NCBI RefSeq assembly: GCF_018350175.1
Contig: NC_058368.1
Coordinates: 212,042,001 to 212,106,000, forward strand
Direction: 5' to 3'
Source: Felis catus
Lineage: Eukaryota
DNA: 64,000 nucleotides
Below the pieces are notes generated by a model. It ran no database searches, was not told the DNA's origin, and saw only the letters and a list, made by a program, of their open reading frames with translations. Below are positions 1-11,640 of this stretch, piece after piece. Positions within the stretch are counted from its first letter, which is position 1. Every line of letters begins with the position of its first letter. Made by a program: the position numbers and the translations under genes.

Positions 1-870
1 CCTATCATTTCCACCTCCTAAATAGATTCCTAAATTGTCTGCCTTTCCCCAGTGCATTACTGTGCTGCAGCATCATAACTTCACTGGCATAATAGCAGAG
101 CCTCCTGACTAGTCTCTCTGCCCTTGAACTCTCCTATTAGAAGCTAGAGGAAGTATTCTTTTTTAATGTTTTATTTTATTTATTTGAGAGAGAAACAGAG
201 AATCCAAAGCAGACTCTGCACCAACAGCACAGAGCCCAATATGGGGCTTGAACTCCCAAACCATGAGATCAGGACCTGAGTTGAAGTGGGACGCTTAACC
301 AACTGAGCCAGCCAGGCACCCCAGAGAAGTTATTTCTAAAGTATAAATCAGGTCATCTCTCATGCTGAAAGCCTGTCAACGTCTTCCTGCAGTGTAAAGA
401 CCCGGCTCTTTAGTCTGTTTCAGGAGTGCCTTTTCTGTGCAACTCCTGCCTCTTCCTCCTGTTTTGTCTCTTATCACTGCAGATATAGCCTGTGACATTC
501 TGAACTAGTTTTTATTACTCAAATAACCCTTGCTTTTCATTGCCTCTAGCCCTTGCGCTTAGGTTCCTTCTGCCTGAAACTTGTTTTCCCCAACAGCTTT
601 ACCGAGTTACTTCTGTTCATCTTTAGGACTCATGCATGGCTTCCTTCAGAATACCTTCTTGTCTCAATCTGCGTTAGATGCCTCTCCTATGACTTTAACA
701 CCAGCTACCTCACCTATTTTAGGCTTTATAAGATGATGAGTATCTGTCTGTATTCTTTGTAGTCTATACTGTAAACTCAGCGAGGACAAGAATCACATCT
801 GCTTATTCACAGGCGTGTGTCCATGATCTGACAGAGTTCCCTATAGGGTAGGAACTCAGAAACAATGAAA
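1..870 (+). mobile_element. Degraded L2 LINE 3' region, interrupted by a SINE
   Basis: L2-like motifs (TCAGGTCATCTCTCATGCTGAAAGCC; ACTGTAAACTCAGCGAGGACAAGAATCACATCTGC; GTAGGAACTCAG). Boundaries approximate. Confidence 0.6.
158..322 (-). mobile_element. Carnivore SINEC (older, short)
   Basis: T-rich tail, short (GA), ends ...GAGCCAGCCAGGCACCCC; degenerate TSD AGAGGAAGTATT/AGAGAAGTTATT. Confidence 0.85.
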
Positions 871-1599
871 GCGTAAGTTTTGAGCTTACTGACCATCTAT
901 GATGAATTTGGCAGCTTATTAAATACTTATATTCCCCTATGGAACCAGTTTAACCTCTGAGTTTAACCACTTTCCTGAAGAAAGTTAGCATGTACTCTGA
1001 TGCCTGGTTGCTGAAAGGAGTGTGCATGAGACAATATGGCAGCGGTTGGGACTCTTGGCCTGAAGTTGTAGCTGAAAGTGAATACTTCAAATTTTTATTT
1101 TAGAAAAAAGAAGAGGATGGATGAATGAATAGATGGATGGATGTATAAGAGAAAGCAAGTGACATTCATTTACTCAACAAGCTCCTACTCTGTTCTAGGA
1201 ACTGGGGATTCAGTGGTGAGGAGGATACTGACCCAGGCAGGAATGTGGCGATGGAGGTCTGAGAGAGCCTAAAGCAGGCAGGAGAGGTGTGCTCCCTAGG
1301 CAGAGGTAAAGAAGAGCGAATATCTTGGAGATGAGAGGGCCGAGTCAGTCACTAGTGCCCTGAGTACTGGCCTCTGAGCCAAGGACACATGGATTTTCAG
1401 CTTCCTGTAGAGAGTTTGGGAGGACAGTTCTCAGCCGGTCTGTGAGGCAAATTTCTGGCCTCCTTTCAGACTCGTTTCAAAAGTTGCCTCCTTGTGAGGT
1501 CCCCTTCCCCTACATGCTCAGCCCTAGGAGGACTGATGTGTCCCTTTCCTGAGCTCACTCTGCATTTTGAAGTGTAGACTTCTACCTTCCTGCCTCCCC

Positions 1600-2040
1600 A
1601 TCTCCTCTTTCCCTGTCTCCTAGATGTTCCTTCAGATGGGCTCACTTCAGAGCTCTTGCATTCACTGTTCCCTCATGCTGGATGCCCCCCCACCCCTCAC
1701 CCCCATTTCTTCATGGCTTCTTCTCTTCTGCTGCTCAAGTCTCTGCTCAGATTCACCCAGAGAAGCCTTCTTGGACCACTGTCAAAGATAGCTGTTCTTC
1801 TGTCACTTTGTAAACCATTTATCCTGCTTTCTGTCTTTTCACAGCACTTGTCATCACCTGATGTTCTTTATCTATGTATCAGTTAATTGCCTGTCTTCCC
1901 CCAACTAGAATATAGGCTCCGTGAGGGCAAACACTTCCTCACTTTTGTTCTCTGCTGAATCCCCACTGCCTGGGACAGAGCCTGCCATAGTGAGCATCTA
2001 GAAAATGTTGAGTGAATGAGTAAATCAATAAATGAATCGT
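1600..2040 (+). mobile_element. L2 3' end
   Basis: ACTAGAATATAGGCTCCGTGAGGGCA...CTGCCTGGGACAGAGCCTGCCATAGTGAGC and (TGAA)-like tail at about 2008-2037. Confidence 0.7.
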
Positions 2041-2947
2041 AGCTTCATTAGTGATTATCCCGTTGAACTTGTATTCTGTTTCCACCACTAGGCTCGTCTT
2101 TGTATCCCAAGTACCAAGGATACTTGTGTCCTAAATGTCAAGCCTAGTATCTGATGTCTAATAGTTGTTTCTGGATAAATATTTGTCCATTGAGTGAGTG
2201 AATGATATGTCCCTTGCAGCGGGGTCCTGCAGGTGTCAGCAGACACTGATCTTACCAAGGGTGGGGGTCCAAGCATTCCAGGGGTGCTCTGAGTCACTGG
2301 ACAGCAGGTCATGTTAACCACGTATTTGTCCCACAGCTTGATTCATGTTGGTGTTTGGGAAAACAAGCATTCACACCCCCACATAATCCTGGCTTTCTGT
2401 GCAGCAGCTGGAAGTCTCATAAATAACCACGAAATTGTTTCTCTGTGGGGAAGGAAGTTTACTTGTTAGACTTGAAATAAAATATTTTAGGAAATTGTGA
2501 ATACATTTTATGCTCCAAATCTCCTCTAAAGGCAGAGAAGTGGATCCCTAGGGTGCTTTCTGGGCCAATAAGCCAAAGATTAGGAAGTTCCAGAGTTTGA
2601 TTTACATTAGGTTGTGTGTCATTGGTTGACCTTCCTTCCTTCAGGAAATATTAATTTGATGCTTTCTGTGGGCCAGATACTAACTTAAACAGCTCTGAAC
2701 ATGACAAATTGGACTCTGCCCTCATGGACTTACAAGATTGTAGGAGAAGAATTTAACAAAAATTATAAAAATAGTACATATGAGCATTGTGACAAATGCT
2801 GTGAGTGTATAGAAGAGGAACCCAATATGATCATAAGGGTTGGGGAAAGTCTATCTGAGAGAAGCCATAAACTGGATATAAATTCTTAGGGAGCCATTTT
2901 CCCCAAGATCATTTCTACAGAACATCTAGCATTTGAGGAATGGTGCC

Positions 2948-3578
2948 TGTCAGGGATTATATTGTGTCCCCTCAAATTCCCTACATTGAAGTTCCTACCT
3001 TGGTACCTCGGAATGTGACTATATTTGGAGATAGCCTCTTTAAAAAGGCAATTAAGGGGCGCCTGGGTGGCTCAGTCGGTTAAGCGTCCGACTTCAGCCC
3101 GGGTCACGATCTCGCGGTCCGTGTGTTCGAGCCCCGCGTCGGGCTCTGGGCTGATGACTCAGAGCCTGGAGCCTGCTTCTGATTCTGTGTCTCCCTCTCT
3201 CTCTGCCCCTCCCCCGTTCATGCTCTGTCTCTCTCTGTCTCAAAAATAAATAAACGTTAAAAAAAAATTAAAAAAAAAAAGAAAAAAAAAGGCAATTAAA
3301 TTAAAATACGGTCATTAAAGTGAGCCCTGATCCAATATGCCTGGTGTTCTTAGAAAAAGAGGAAATTTGGACACAGACACACACAGGGGAGACCATGTGA
3401 AGACACAAGGGGAAGACAACCATCTCCAAGCCAATGAAAAATACCTCAGAAAGAAAGCAGGCTGCTGACACTTTGATCTTGGACTTCTTGCCTTCAGAAT
3501 TGTGAGGAAATAAATTTCTGTTGCATAAGTTACTCAGCCTGTCGTACTTTGTTATGGCGGCCCTAGCAGATTGATACA
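2948..3578 (+). mobile_element. MLT1 (MaLR) solo LTR, interrupted by a SINEC
   Basis: TG...CA termini; diagnostic GAATGTGACTATATTTGGAGATAG, CCATGTGAAGAC, ATCTTGGACTTC, AATAAATTTCTGTTG, TTTGTTATGGCGGCCCTAGCA. Confidence 0.85.
3056..3285 (+). mobile_element. Felid SINEC, full length
   Basis: GGGGCGCCTGGGTGGCTCAGTCGG head, B-box GTTCGAGCC, (CT)n, A tail; 14-bp TSD AAAAAGGCAATTAA at 3042-3055 and 3286-3299. Confidence 0.95.
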
Positions 3579-3690
3579 GCAGTTATTTGTTAGCCTACCT
3601 GCACAGTGATCCTCTAGTTCTTTCAAGCTATGAGCAGTTGGTTATGCTGCATGAATAACAGAAGACTGTACACACAAAATGAAGTTTAGT

Positions 3691-4672
3691 CAGGACTGGC
3701 TTTAAAGTGTGTAACTGGTACAGCCACACAGGGCCATACTCAGAAGAGCAGTGCTCTGTGGTAGCCATCTTGAAATTATTATTTTTTTTTGTAATTTATT
3801 TATTTAAATTCAAGTTAGTTAGCATACAGTGTAGTATTGGTTTCAGGAGTAGAATCCAGTGATTCATCACTTCCATGTAACACCCAGTGCTCATCTCAAC
3901 AGGTGCCCTCCTTAATGCCCATCCCCCATTTAGCCCACGACCCCATCCACCTCTCCTCCAGCAGCCCTTGGTTTGTTCTCTGTATTTAAGAGTCTCTTAT
4001 GGTTTGCCTCCCTGTCTGTTTTTATCTTATTTTTCCTTCCCTTACCGTTCATTTGTTTAGTTTCTTAAATTCCGCATACGAGTGAAGTGAAATCATTTTT
4101 CTTTCACTGACTGACTTAATTTGCTTTGCATTATATTCTTAATGATTTTATCTTTGACTTCGTGCTTTGTAAGTGAAGTCTGATCAGACAGTGGAGTGTG
4201 TGCTGTGGGCCTGGAGCCTCAGCTCTTACGTGTTCTTGCCTCTTGCCACCTCCCTTTACTCTCCACTATGACTCCGCTACCTCTGTGGCCCTGTCTGGGC
4301 AGTGACCAGGGCACAGCAGTGTGGGAAGGCCTGCTTCTGTGGCTGTCTTCCGCCACCAGTGGAAGCCTGCACACACACACATGAGGTTCAGGATTGAGTG
4401 TGTGTCCTACAGCGTCTTGGGATGAGGGATGGCAGCAGTCCCCTCCACCCTAAGCTGGCATTTGCTAGGTGACCTGGAGGGGACTGCTTATCCACTTCCC
4501 TTCAGGTACTAAACATATTTATGCTCCCAAATGTGTGGTGTTTGCAATTCCATGGGGTCACCCACCTGGGTGGGCTGGGGTCACAGGCCATAAAGGAAAG
4601 ATTGACCTCTCTGCCCCATGCCCAGGGCCCTGTGTTTTCATTTTGTGTTGCATTCTGAGAATCATGGCCCTG
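3691..4672 (+). mobile_element. MER45-family (hAT-Tip100) non-autonomous DNA transposon, interrupted by an L1 3' fragment
   Basis: Termini CAGGACTGGC...ATGGCCCTG; internal GCCATCTTGAAATT and GGGCCCTGTGTTTTCATTTTG resemble MER45; 8-bp flanks AGTTTAGT/GGTTTAGA (6 of 8 match). Confidence 0.7.
3781..4131 (-). mobile_element. Carnivore L1 3' UTR fragment
   Basis: Poly(T), then AAATTCAAGTTAGTTAGCATACAGTG...CACCCAGTGCTCATC...TTAAGAGTCTCTTATGG, the same 3' UTR type as other L1s here. Confidence 0.85.
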
Positions 4673-5518
4673 GGTTTAGATTTCATTCACTTTGCTGGCA
4701 AAAAATTAAAGTGTATCTGACACATATTAACGAGATGACTAGGATTGTGGTAGAATTAACCATTGATGGAAAGTAATTGTTATTAATCATTGTTTTTAGT
4801 TTTGCTCATATATAAATAAATGGGTTTCACATTTTTTGTTCACACTAGAGTTTAGAGAGGGATGGTGTGGACATCAGGAGAGCCACATTCTGTGCCCCCT
4901 CGGTCATTCTCTAATTGGGACACAGTATAGGAACCATGGCCTCCATTTCCTCATCAGTAAGGTGAAGGAACATCTTTGTGGATTCTTTCTACTCTCATGT
5001 TGTGAGTCTGTTTCTGTTTTTATTCTGCAGCGTCTAGAAGCAACACAGTGTTGACATTCTTTACTCATACCAGTGTGGTTTAAAATCTGTCAAGTGGGTT
5101 TGCATACACTGGCATCTCACACATAAAAGGCAAGGATCTTGACCCATCCTTCCAGGATCCCCAGGGCACGGCTGCCCAGTGCTTTCCCCTTCTGGGCCTT
5201 CTGCCTCCTTTGCACACTTGCCCCGTCCCCAACTGCCACACCTAAAACTCGGGAGCTCAGGCTGCTGACTCAGAAGCGCCAGCTGGGGCTGCCATCTCGG
5301 GGGCTCTGAAGCAGAGGCAGAAGAATCTCAGGGCCCCGAGTTAGTGGATGCATCTGATCCATCAGCAGGAGGTGGAGCATCAGAGGGAAGAAGTGGCCCT
5401 TTCAATCCAGAAACTGCATTCGGACTCAAGAGCACTAACATCTTGGAGAGAGGTGAGAATACAAGTAAGGTTGAGTAAGATTGCAGGAAGATTAGAGAAC
5501 CTACTTATCCAGGTTCCT

Positions 5519-5552
<34 letters not shown>

Positions 5553-5563
5553 CCTCACACACA
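5519..5563. repeat. (CT)n then (CA)n microsatellite
   Basis: Read directly. Confidence 0.9.
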
Positions 5564-5689
5564 CAATTTCTCTTGAAATGTGGTGCTTAATTAAAAGGGC
5601 TCCACATATATTTGAGTGTGTCAAATACAGTGGGATTGTTATTCTAGACTCAGGACCTCATGTGTTAGCTGAGTTTCACCTGAGTGGGT

Positions 5690-5835
5690 ACGTGTTTATG
5701 TGGTGTGTGTACGTGTGGTGTGTGTGATTATGTATCATGTGTACACGTGTTTATGTGTGTGGTGTGGGCGCATGTTTATGTGTGGTGTGTGCTTACGTGG
5801 TACCTGTAGGCGTGTGTTTACGTATATGTGTTTAA
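5690..5835. repeat. Degenerate TG-rich low-complexity repeat
   Basis: Repeated GTGTG/TACGTGT/TTTATGTGTG units. Confidence 0.8.
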
Positions 5836-7341
5836 ACGCACATATTGCACCTTGGTGGCTCCAGGAGGCAGACATCTTGCTCAGCTGTCATGACTCAGGA
5901 TTTTATGGAAGTTCTTTCCATTCTCATTAACTATGCCATGTTGAAAGCCCAATGTAGTCTCTCAGTCAACACAGGAGTTCTTTGTTTAATTTAACTGAGG
6001 GAGAGTCCAGGCCCCTCAGAAAAAGGCTTTTCCTTGCTGAGAGGTTGTGCTAAGAATAGTGCCGGTGACCAGCACCACAGCCACATTTCTGAGGGCATCT
6101 CTGCCAGTGAATCTTCACAGAAGGGGGCTTCATTTTCTAGGAAGCCACCTCTCCGTCACTCCATCTCCTCAGGAAGCATTTAGCTGGGAGTCAGCCCTTC
6201 CCACCAGCTCCTCTGGAACTCCAGACCTTTCTCCTGGTGGGACCAGCAAGTGCTGTGGTACTGAGGACGGCTCTGTCCTTCCCTGGCCAGTTCAGCGCCA
6301 TGGCGTGGCATCTGACACTGGCTAACCCTGGGTGCTGACATTGGTGTGCAGAAGACAGGCAGTTGTGAATGCGGGTCTGGTAGGAAGACAGATGGATACA
6401 TCCGTAGCTAAGAACCACCCCTCACCAAAGGACAGGGCAGCCGACCTCAGCCATGAGAGAGGAGAGTCAAAGCTTTTATCTTGCTAGTTCTGTCAAGCTT
6501 CGGATCCCTTTTGGTCTTGTTTCTCTAGGGGATATGCAGGAGATGTGCCCGGTTGAGAGAGTCAAAGACCTTTTCATTTGCACACCTTCTGTTTCTGGGG
6601 AACAGTCCCAATTGAAAGCACACTATTAGTGTTGAGGGGAAGGGGGGACAAAGTCCACTGGTTGGGGATATTCTGTACTTTGGTAACAAAAGATCAAAGG
6701 ACAGTCCCTGGAGACAGAACTGTGGTTTATCCTGCTCATGGTTCTGGCTCAGAGGATGACATAAATCATGGCATGGTGAGAGCAGTCATGGCCTTCCCAG
6801 GGGGAGAGGCCATTATCAAAACCCCCAAATGGCTCCATCTCACGCACCTTCCACTAAAACCCATACTGGGAAGAGCTCTCTGGGACTCTTTCTTCACATT
6901 TCAGGGGACTTCTTTAGGATTCCATTGCTGGCTGGCCGTTGGGCCGGTGACCATTTTCCTACTCCTGTTACTTCTCATTTCTATTTTCTCATCTGTAAAC
7001 TGAATAACAAGAATTTCATACCAAGATGGGGTAGGGTGGGATCAGTGAGAGCTGCAGGCAGGCTCACAGTTCCTGAGCTGCAAGTCCAAATTCCAGAGAA
7101 CTCTAAAAACCAAAAGTTATTTATTTTAGTGTTTAGCAACCTCATTTGATGGCAAAATGCAACCTGAATTGATGTGAGTCTGCTTATAATTTTTGTTTAT
7201 CTTAGTGGGAGTAGGTGTACAGTTTGTCATGGAGGCTGTCCACGTGTTTGACGTTAGGGTACTTACTATCCTAGACCCTGTAGGGACGTTCAGTAGTATA
7301 GAATATTGACCCATATAGAATATATGGCCCAAGTTACTTTT

Positions 7342-7538
7342 TTAAAAAAGAGTGGCAAAATATGTGGAACATAAAATTTACCATCTTAACCCTCTTTAAA
7401 TGTACAAGTCAGTAGTGTTACGTACATTCACATTGTTGTGCAATCAAGCTCCACAACTTTTCATCTTGCAGAAGGGAAACTCTACACCCATTATACAACT
7501 CCCTCCTCTCTCTCCCCAACTAACCACCATTCTACCTT
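7342..7538 (-). mobile_element. Old-type L1 (L1MA/MB-like) 3' terminal fragment
   Basis: CATAAAATTTACCATCTTAACC...GTACATTCACATTGTTGTGCAATCA; perfect 13-bp direct repeat CCAAGTTACTTTT at 7329-7341 and 7539-7551. Confidence 0.8.
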
Positions 7539-7599
7539 CCAAGTTACTTTTATAATTGCAAAAATTTTGAGTTCCAGGATATCTGGCCCCAAAGGGTTT

Positions 7600-7800
7600 A
7601 AGTCTTTGTTTTTTTAAATGACTTAAAAGAGAGAGAGAGAGAGAAAATGCAAGTGGGGGAAGGGCAGAGAGAGAGGGAGACAGAGAATCTAAAGCAGGCT
7701 CCGAGTTATCAGTGCAAAGCCTGATGTGGGGCTCGAACCCATGAGATCATAACCCGAGCTGAAGTCGGATGCTCAACCGACTGAGCCCCCCAGGCGCCCC
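7600..7800 (-). mobile_element. SINEC
   Basis: T tail, (GA)n, ends CAGGCGCCCC; TSD CCAAAGGGTTT/CCAAGGGTTTT. Confidence 0.9.
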
Positions 7801-8083
7801 TCCAAGGGTTTTGAAGAAGGGATCACTGACCTTAATCGTGGAAGAAGAATGGCCAGCATCTGTCAGTCACCACCTTGCGAGATAGTCTCCAAGAGCCCTG
7901 TTCCTCTGATGGTACCGGGATCTTTCTGCTACAGCTCTCCCCTTGCCAGAAGCAGGTGCCCATGTGTGAAAGATTGCAAAACACCAGGGACAAGATCTGT
8001 GGGATTCTGACCAATAGCAGCAGAGTGTGGGTGCTCAAATGCAGTGATTAATACACTCTTTCCCAGTCATTCCCTCAATCTCA

Positions 8084-8360
8084 TTTTTTTTTATTTTATT
8101 TTTATTGGCTTATTTACTTTATTTAAGTTCAAGTTAGTTAACATATAATGTAGTATTGATTTCGGAGTGGATGCAGTGATTCATCACTGCCATATAGCAC
8201 CCAATGCTCATCCCAGCAAATGCCCTCCTTAATGCCCATGCCCCCACGCACCTCCCTTCTGCAACCCTCAGCTTGTTCTCTATAGTGAAGAGCCTCTTAC
8301 GGTTTGTTTCCCTCTCTGTTTTTATCTTATTTTATTTTTTCTTCCTTTCCCCTATATTTA
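8084..8360 (-). mobile_element. Carnivore L1 3' UTR fragment
   Basis: Poly(T), then TTCAAGTTAGTTAACATATAATG...GTGATTCATCACT...AAGAGCCTCTTACGG. Confidence 0.85.
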
Positions 8361-9399
8361 TCTTTTTTTTTTTGTCAGTAGAGTGGCACACATTGGCAGC
8401 TGGTTGTGGTGTCAGCTCTTTAGTTCTGTGCCATCCAAACCTTCCTGCAGACTGAACTGTGGGGAAGGTGCCTCCAGCCTATGTAGGCCCCACTGGAGAC
8501 CTTTGACGCTGGATTTATGCATTTTGCAGAACTCTCCAGGCATGGCATGAAAAGCAGTGATGCTTACCTTGTTATTCCCAGTGGATCCAGCATAGAGACC
8601 GGCTCTGAGTCATGTGTTCTATAACTGGATGAGTCCGTCTCTGGTAGTTGTGCAAGGACCACAGGGTCATCGTTGGAAAACCCGGCAGTGGTTGAGCATC
8701 GTTATTGGAATGTCTCCTTCACACCACTCATTTTGTGACCATCCTGGGGGCAGATGGAGGGGTTGTTCTTTGCAGGAGGCTTGTGGTTTCTTCCCCTGTT
8801 TTTAATCACTAGGAAAAAAGCGGATGTTTGAAAAATTGAAAGCCCCTGAACACAAAAATTCAGAACATGAAACCCTCTCATGGATAACTCCTGATACATA
8901 CAGAATAACCTTGATACAAGATCTTCCACTTTGGAGTTCTCCACACTATGTAAAGAGCTGCATGCTTTTAAAGCAGATGGCACTGATTTGGACGTCTATT
9001 ATCATCATTACTATTTTCAAAAAGCCATAAGAATCCTCTACTCCCAAAGAAAACAACACTAAATACAGAACTTTAAATGGTATCGGGCCCTGGAAAAATC
9101 AAACAAATGATCAGTTTGCAGACATCCATGTGGGACATTCCAAATCCATGGTGACCAGGATGCCCGTGAGTGTCCAAGGTTTGGGGCCAGCTGCAGAGTT
9201 TTTTTTTTCCTTCATGGCCTTGTTACCACAATTACTGCCGCTTTGTGGCCTGTGCTGGACATTGCTCAGACTCTCCGCAGCTTGAAGCTGAAGTGTTCTT
9301 TTATGACTCGGCCATTAGGCAGCTGGGACCTCAAGCAAAACAGAAACAGGTGTAGGGTGGTGGGAATGTAGGGACCAAGACCAGAAATTAGTCTAGAGT

Positions 9400-9580
9400 C
9401 TAGACCACAAGGCCATCTGTTTTGTGGCCTGGGAGCTGAGAATGGATTCTATATTTTTAAATGGTTACATTTAAAATGGTTCTATGAGTACCTATATAAT
9501 ATCCTTGATTTTGCCTTTGATCCACAAAACATAAGACATTTACTGTTCTGGTCCTTCATAATAATTGCTGACTCCCTCGT
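9400..9580. mobile_element. hAT-Charlie MITE fragment (MER58/MER106-like)
   Basis: GAGCTGAGAATGGATTCTATATTTTTAAATGG...ATTTACTGTTCTGGTCCTT...TTGCTGACTCCC; subfamily uncertain. Confidence 0.55.
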
Positions 9581-9586
9581 TTAGAC

Positions 9587-9740
9587 CCTTGGTTCTCAAA
9601 GTGTGGTCCCTGGACCCAACAGCATCAGCATCACCCAGGAACTGGTTAGAAATTCAAATCCTCAGAAACTCTGGGAGTATCTGTGTCTTAACTGGCCCTC
9701 CAGACAATTCTGATTCTGGCTAAAGCTTTGGGAACCACTG
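9587..9740 (+). mobile_element. MER5A (hAT-Charlie)
   Basis: GGTTCTCAAAGTGTGGTCCCTGGACC...AGCATCAGCATCACC...GGAACCACTG. Confidence 0.85.
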
Positions 9741-10009
9741 ATCTAGACTATTGGTGCAGCCATTCATCATTAGTTCATTCATTTATCTTTTACAAAAAGA
9801 AGACCTGGGGCGAACTACTTAACCTCTCTGTGCCTTGGGTTTTTCATCAGTAAGGGTTTTATTGAGGTCATTAAAAGAGCTAAAACACGTACAATGTATT
9901 AAATGCTGAATGCATGTCAACCGTTGTTATTTCAAATTTATTGTTATTAAAAAAACACTTTATTAGGTCTCAGGTCAATTAAAAGTCAAGAGAACCCAGC
10001 AGAGATCTG

Positions 10010-10062
10010 ATCATCAGGGATATCTTATAGCAGGAATCATCAAGATATCTTATAGCAGGAAT
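10010..10062. repeat. Tandem duplication of about 25-26 bp
   Basis: ATCATCAGGGATATCTTATAGCAGGA then ATCATCAAGATATCTTATAGCAGGA. Confidence 0.9.
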
Positions 10063-11439
10063 GTCCTTATGGAAATCAGACATGCTGGTCTGGAAATTGG
10101 GGGCTAAGAGCTCCAAACCCTGTCAAGGTAGCCCACGAGTCATCCCCCAGCCAGCCCGGGGCATCTCTCCAGGCCTGACTGGGTACCTGGCTGATCTTTC
10201 TTCCAAAGCAGTGCCCTTCCAGTCTTCTTCCCCTGCCTTGTCAGGCCCCTGGGTGTTTTCATCCTTCAGAGCAGTGAGCGCCCCACTTCCTCACCCACCC
10301 TGAACATGAGCATACATACTTTACTGGTGAATCGCTCTCTGGAAACTGGGCTCATAAAAATCACTCTCAGGGGATAGGGTTGTTGTAAGGAATGCAAAAA
10401 GCTACACATGTTTTTGTACGTTAAACTGAACGTGTGATACACGTTAGCTGCTGTTGTTATAATTTTTAAAATTTGTAATTGTTATTCAAAAATAGATGGT
10501 GACGATGTCTCAAGTTGGTTGAGGTCAAGAGAAGCTGTAAGTTCTTCTGGTAGCTGCGGTTTTCTGCCAATGTTGCTGTCTCTCCACAAGGCTTTGTGTC
10601 TCTGTCCTTCCTCAGGACCAGCTCTGCAAGGTTGTGTTCTCCCTTCTGACCTGGAAGCACTTTGAGCAATTCAGGCAGAGCCTCAGAAGTCCCACTTTGT
10701 CTAAGGGTGCAGCTTTCGTTCCAGAGCACCAGGAGTGACAGAGATGGCCACTCACTAGAGAGACAGAGGGATTTCGTCTCCAGGAGCTTGCAGGAGACTC
10801 AGGGAGCATGCCCCTTGGTTAGTGGTGGGGGCGGGAGGGGGGGACAGGAACAAGAGGACCAGGGCCTCTCCATTCTCTCTGATGGCTTGGCCACTGCTCG
10901 GTGCCATGCTCTCTCTGACTGCTCAGCCATCCTCTAGAGGTATCCTGACGCTAAGAGCTGAGTGTGCCTGTGTGTGTGTGTCTGTGTGTGTGTGTGTTTG
11001 TGTGTGTGAGTTCCAGGCTGGTGTGAATCTTGACATGGAGCAGTGCTGTGACCTCAGATGAGTTTCTGAAGTTCTCTGAGCCTCATTGTCTTCATCTGTA
11101 AAATGTATGTGGTTCTTGCTTGGCTATATTTCTGTATGAATCGGGGAGAATGAAGGGCTCAGTAAGTGCTGGCCTCTGTTGTGGGGTCTGGTAGCAGCTG
11201 TGTTTCACTGAGTCTCCTTGGCCGCATCGTGGAATGATGGCTTAGGAGATGGTGTCGATGATGATTCTCAGGAAACTCCAGCCCACACTGGTTCTTTGGG
11301 CCAACCACAAAGCTGCCTGGCCTTGTACAAAGCATGATCATGTCGACATTTTTTTGGAATGTAAGGAAGCAGGGATGCCATAGCCCCTTTCACTGGCTGG
11401 TGCTCACCTCTTCCCCTTCAGACCAGCTAGCGATTAGGA

Positions 11440-11640
11440 TCAGGTACCTCCTATGGGCCGGGTGTCATGCTGACCACTTGAGAGTATCTCTTACTAAAGA
11501 CTCACAGCTGTCTTATGAATAGGTACTATTATTATGCCCATTTCACAGGCAAGAAAATCGAGGCATAGAGAGCTTAAGTGACTTACCCACACTCACATTA
11601 TTAAAAGTGACAAAGGTCTGTGTGAGTATAGAACTTGCCT
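11440..11640 (-). mobile_element. MIR
   Basis: GGTACTATTATTATGCCCATTTCACAGGCAAGAAAATCGAGGCATAGAGAGCTTAAGTGACTT core. Confidence 0.75.

Noticed and set aside
3025..3249. Recurring small ORFs (GAWVAQSVKRPTSA.../LEPASDSVSPSLSAPPP) as a peptide family
   Set aside because: All are SINEC reading frames (also 20915, 21487, 31432, 38942, 40951, 45284, 61656).
6578..7003. 141-aa ORF with a hydrophobic C-terminus
   Set aside because: Non-ATG start, no recognisable domain, and the 3' end runs into a MIR-like sequence.
7050..7330. Possible ancient Tigger-like DNA transposon around the L1 and SINE insertions
   Set aside because: The resemblance is only from memory and too degraded to fix family or boundaries.
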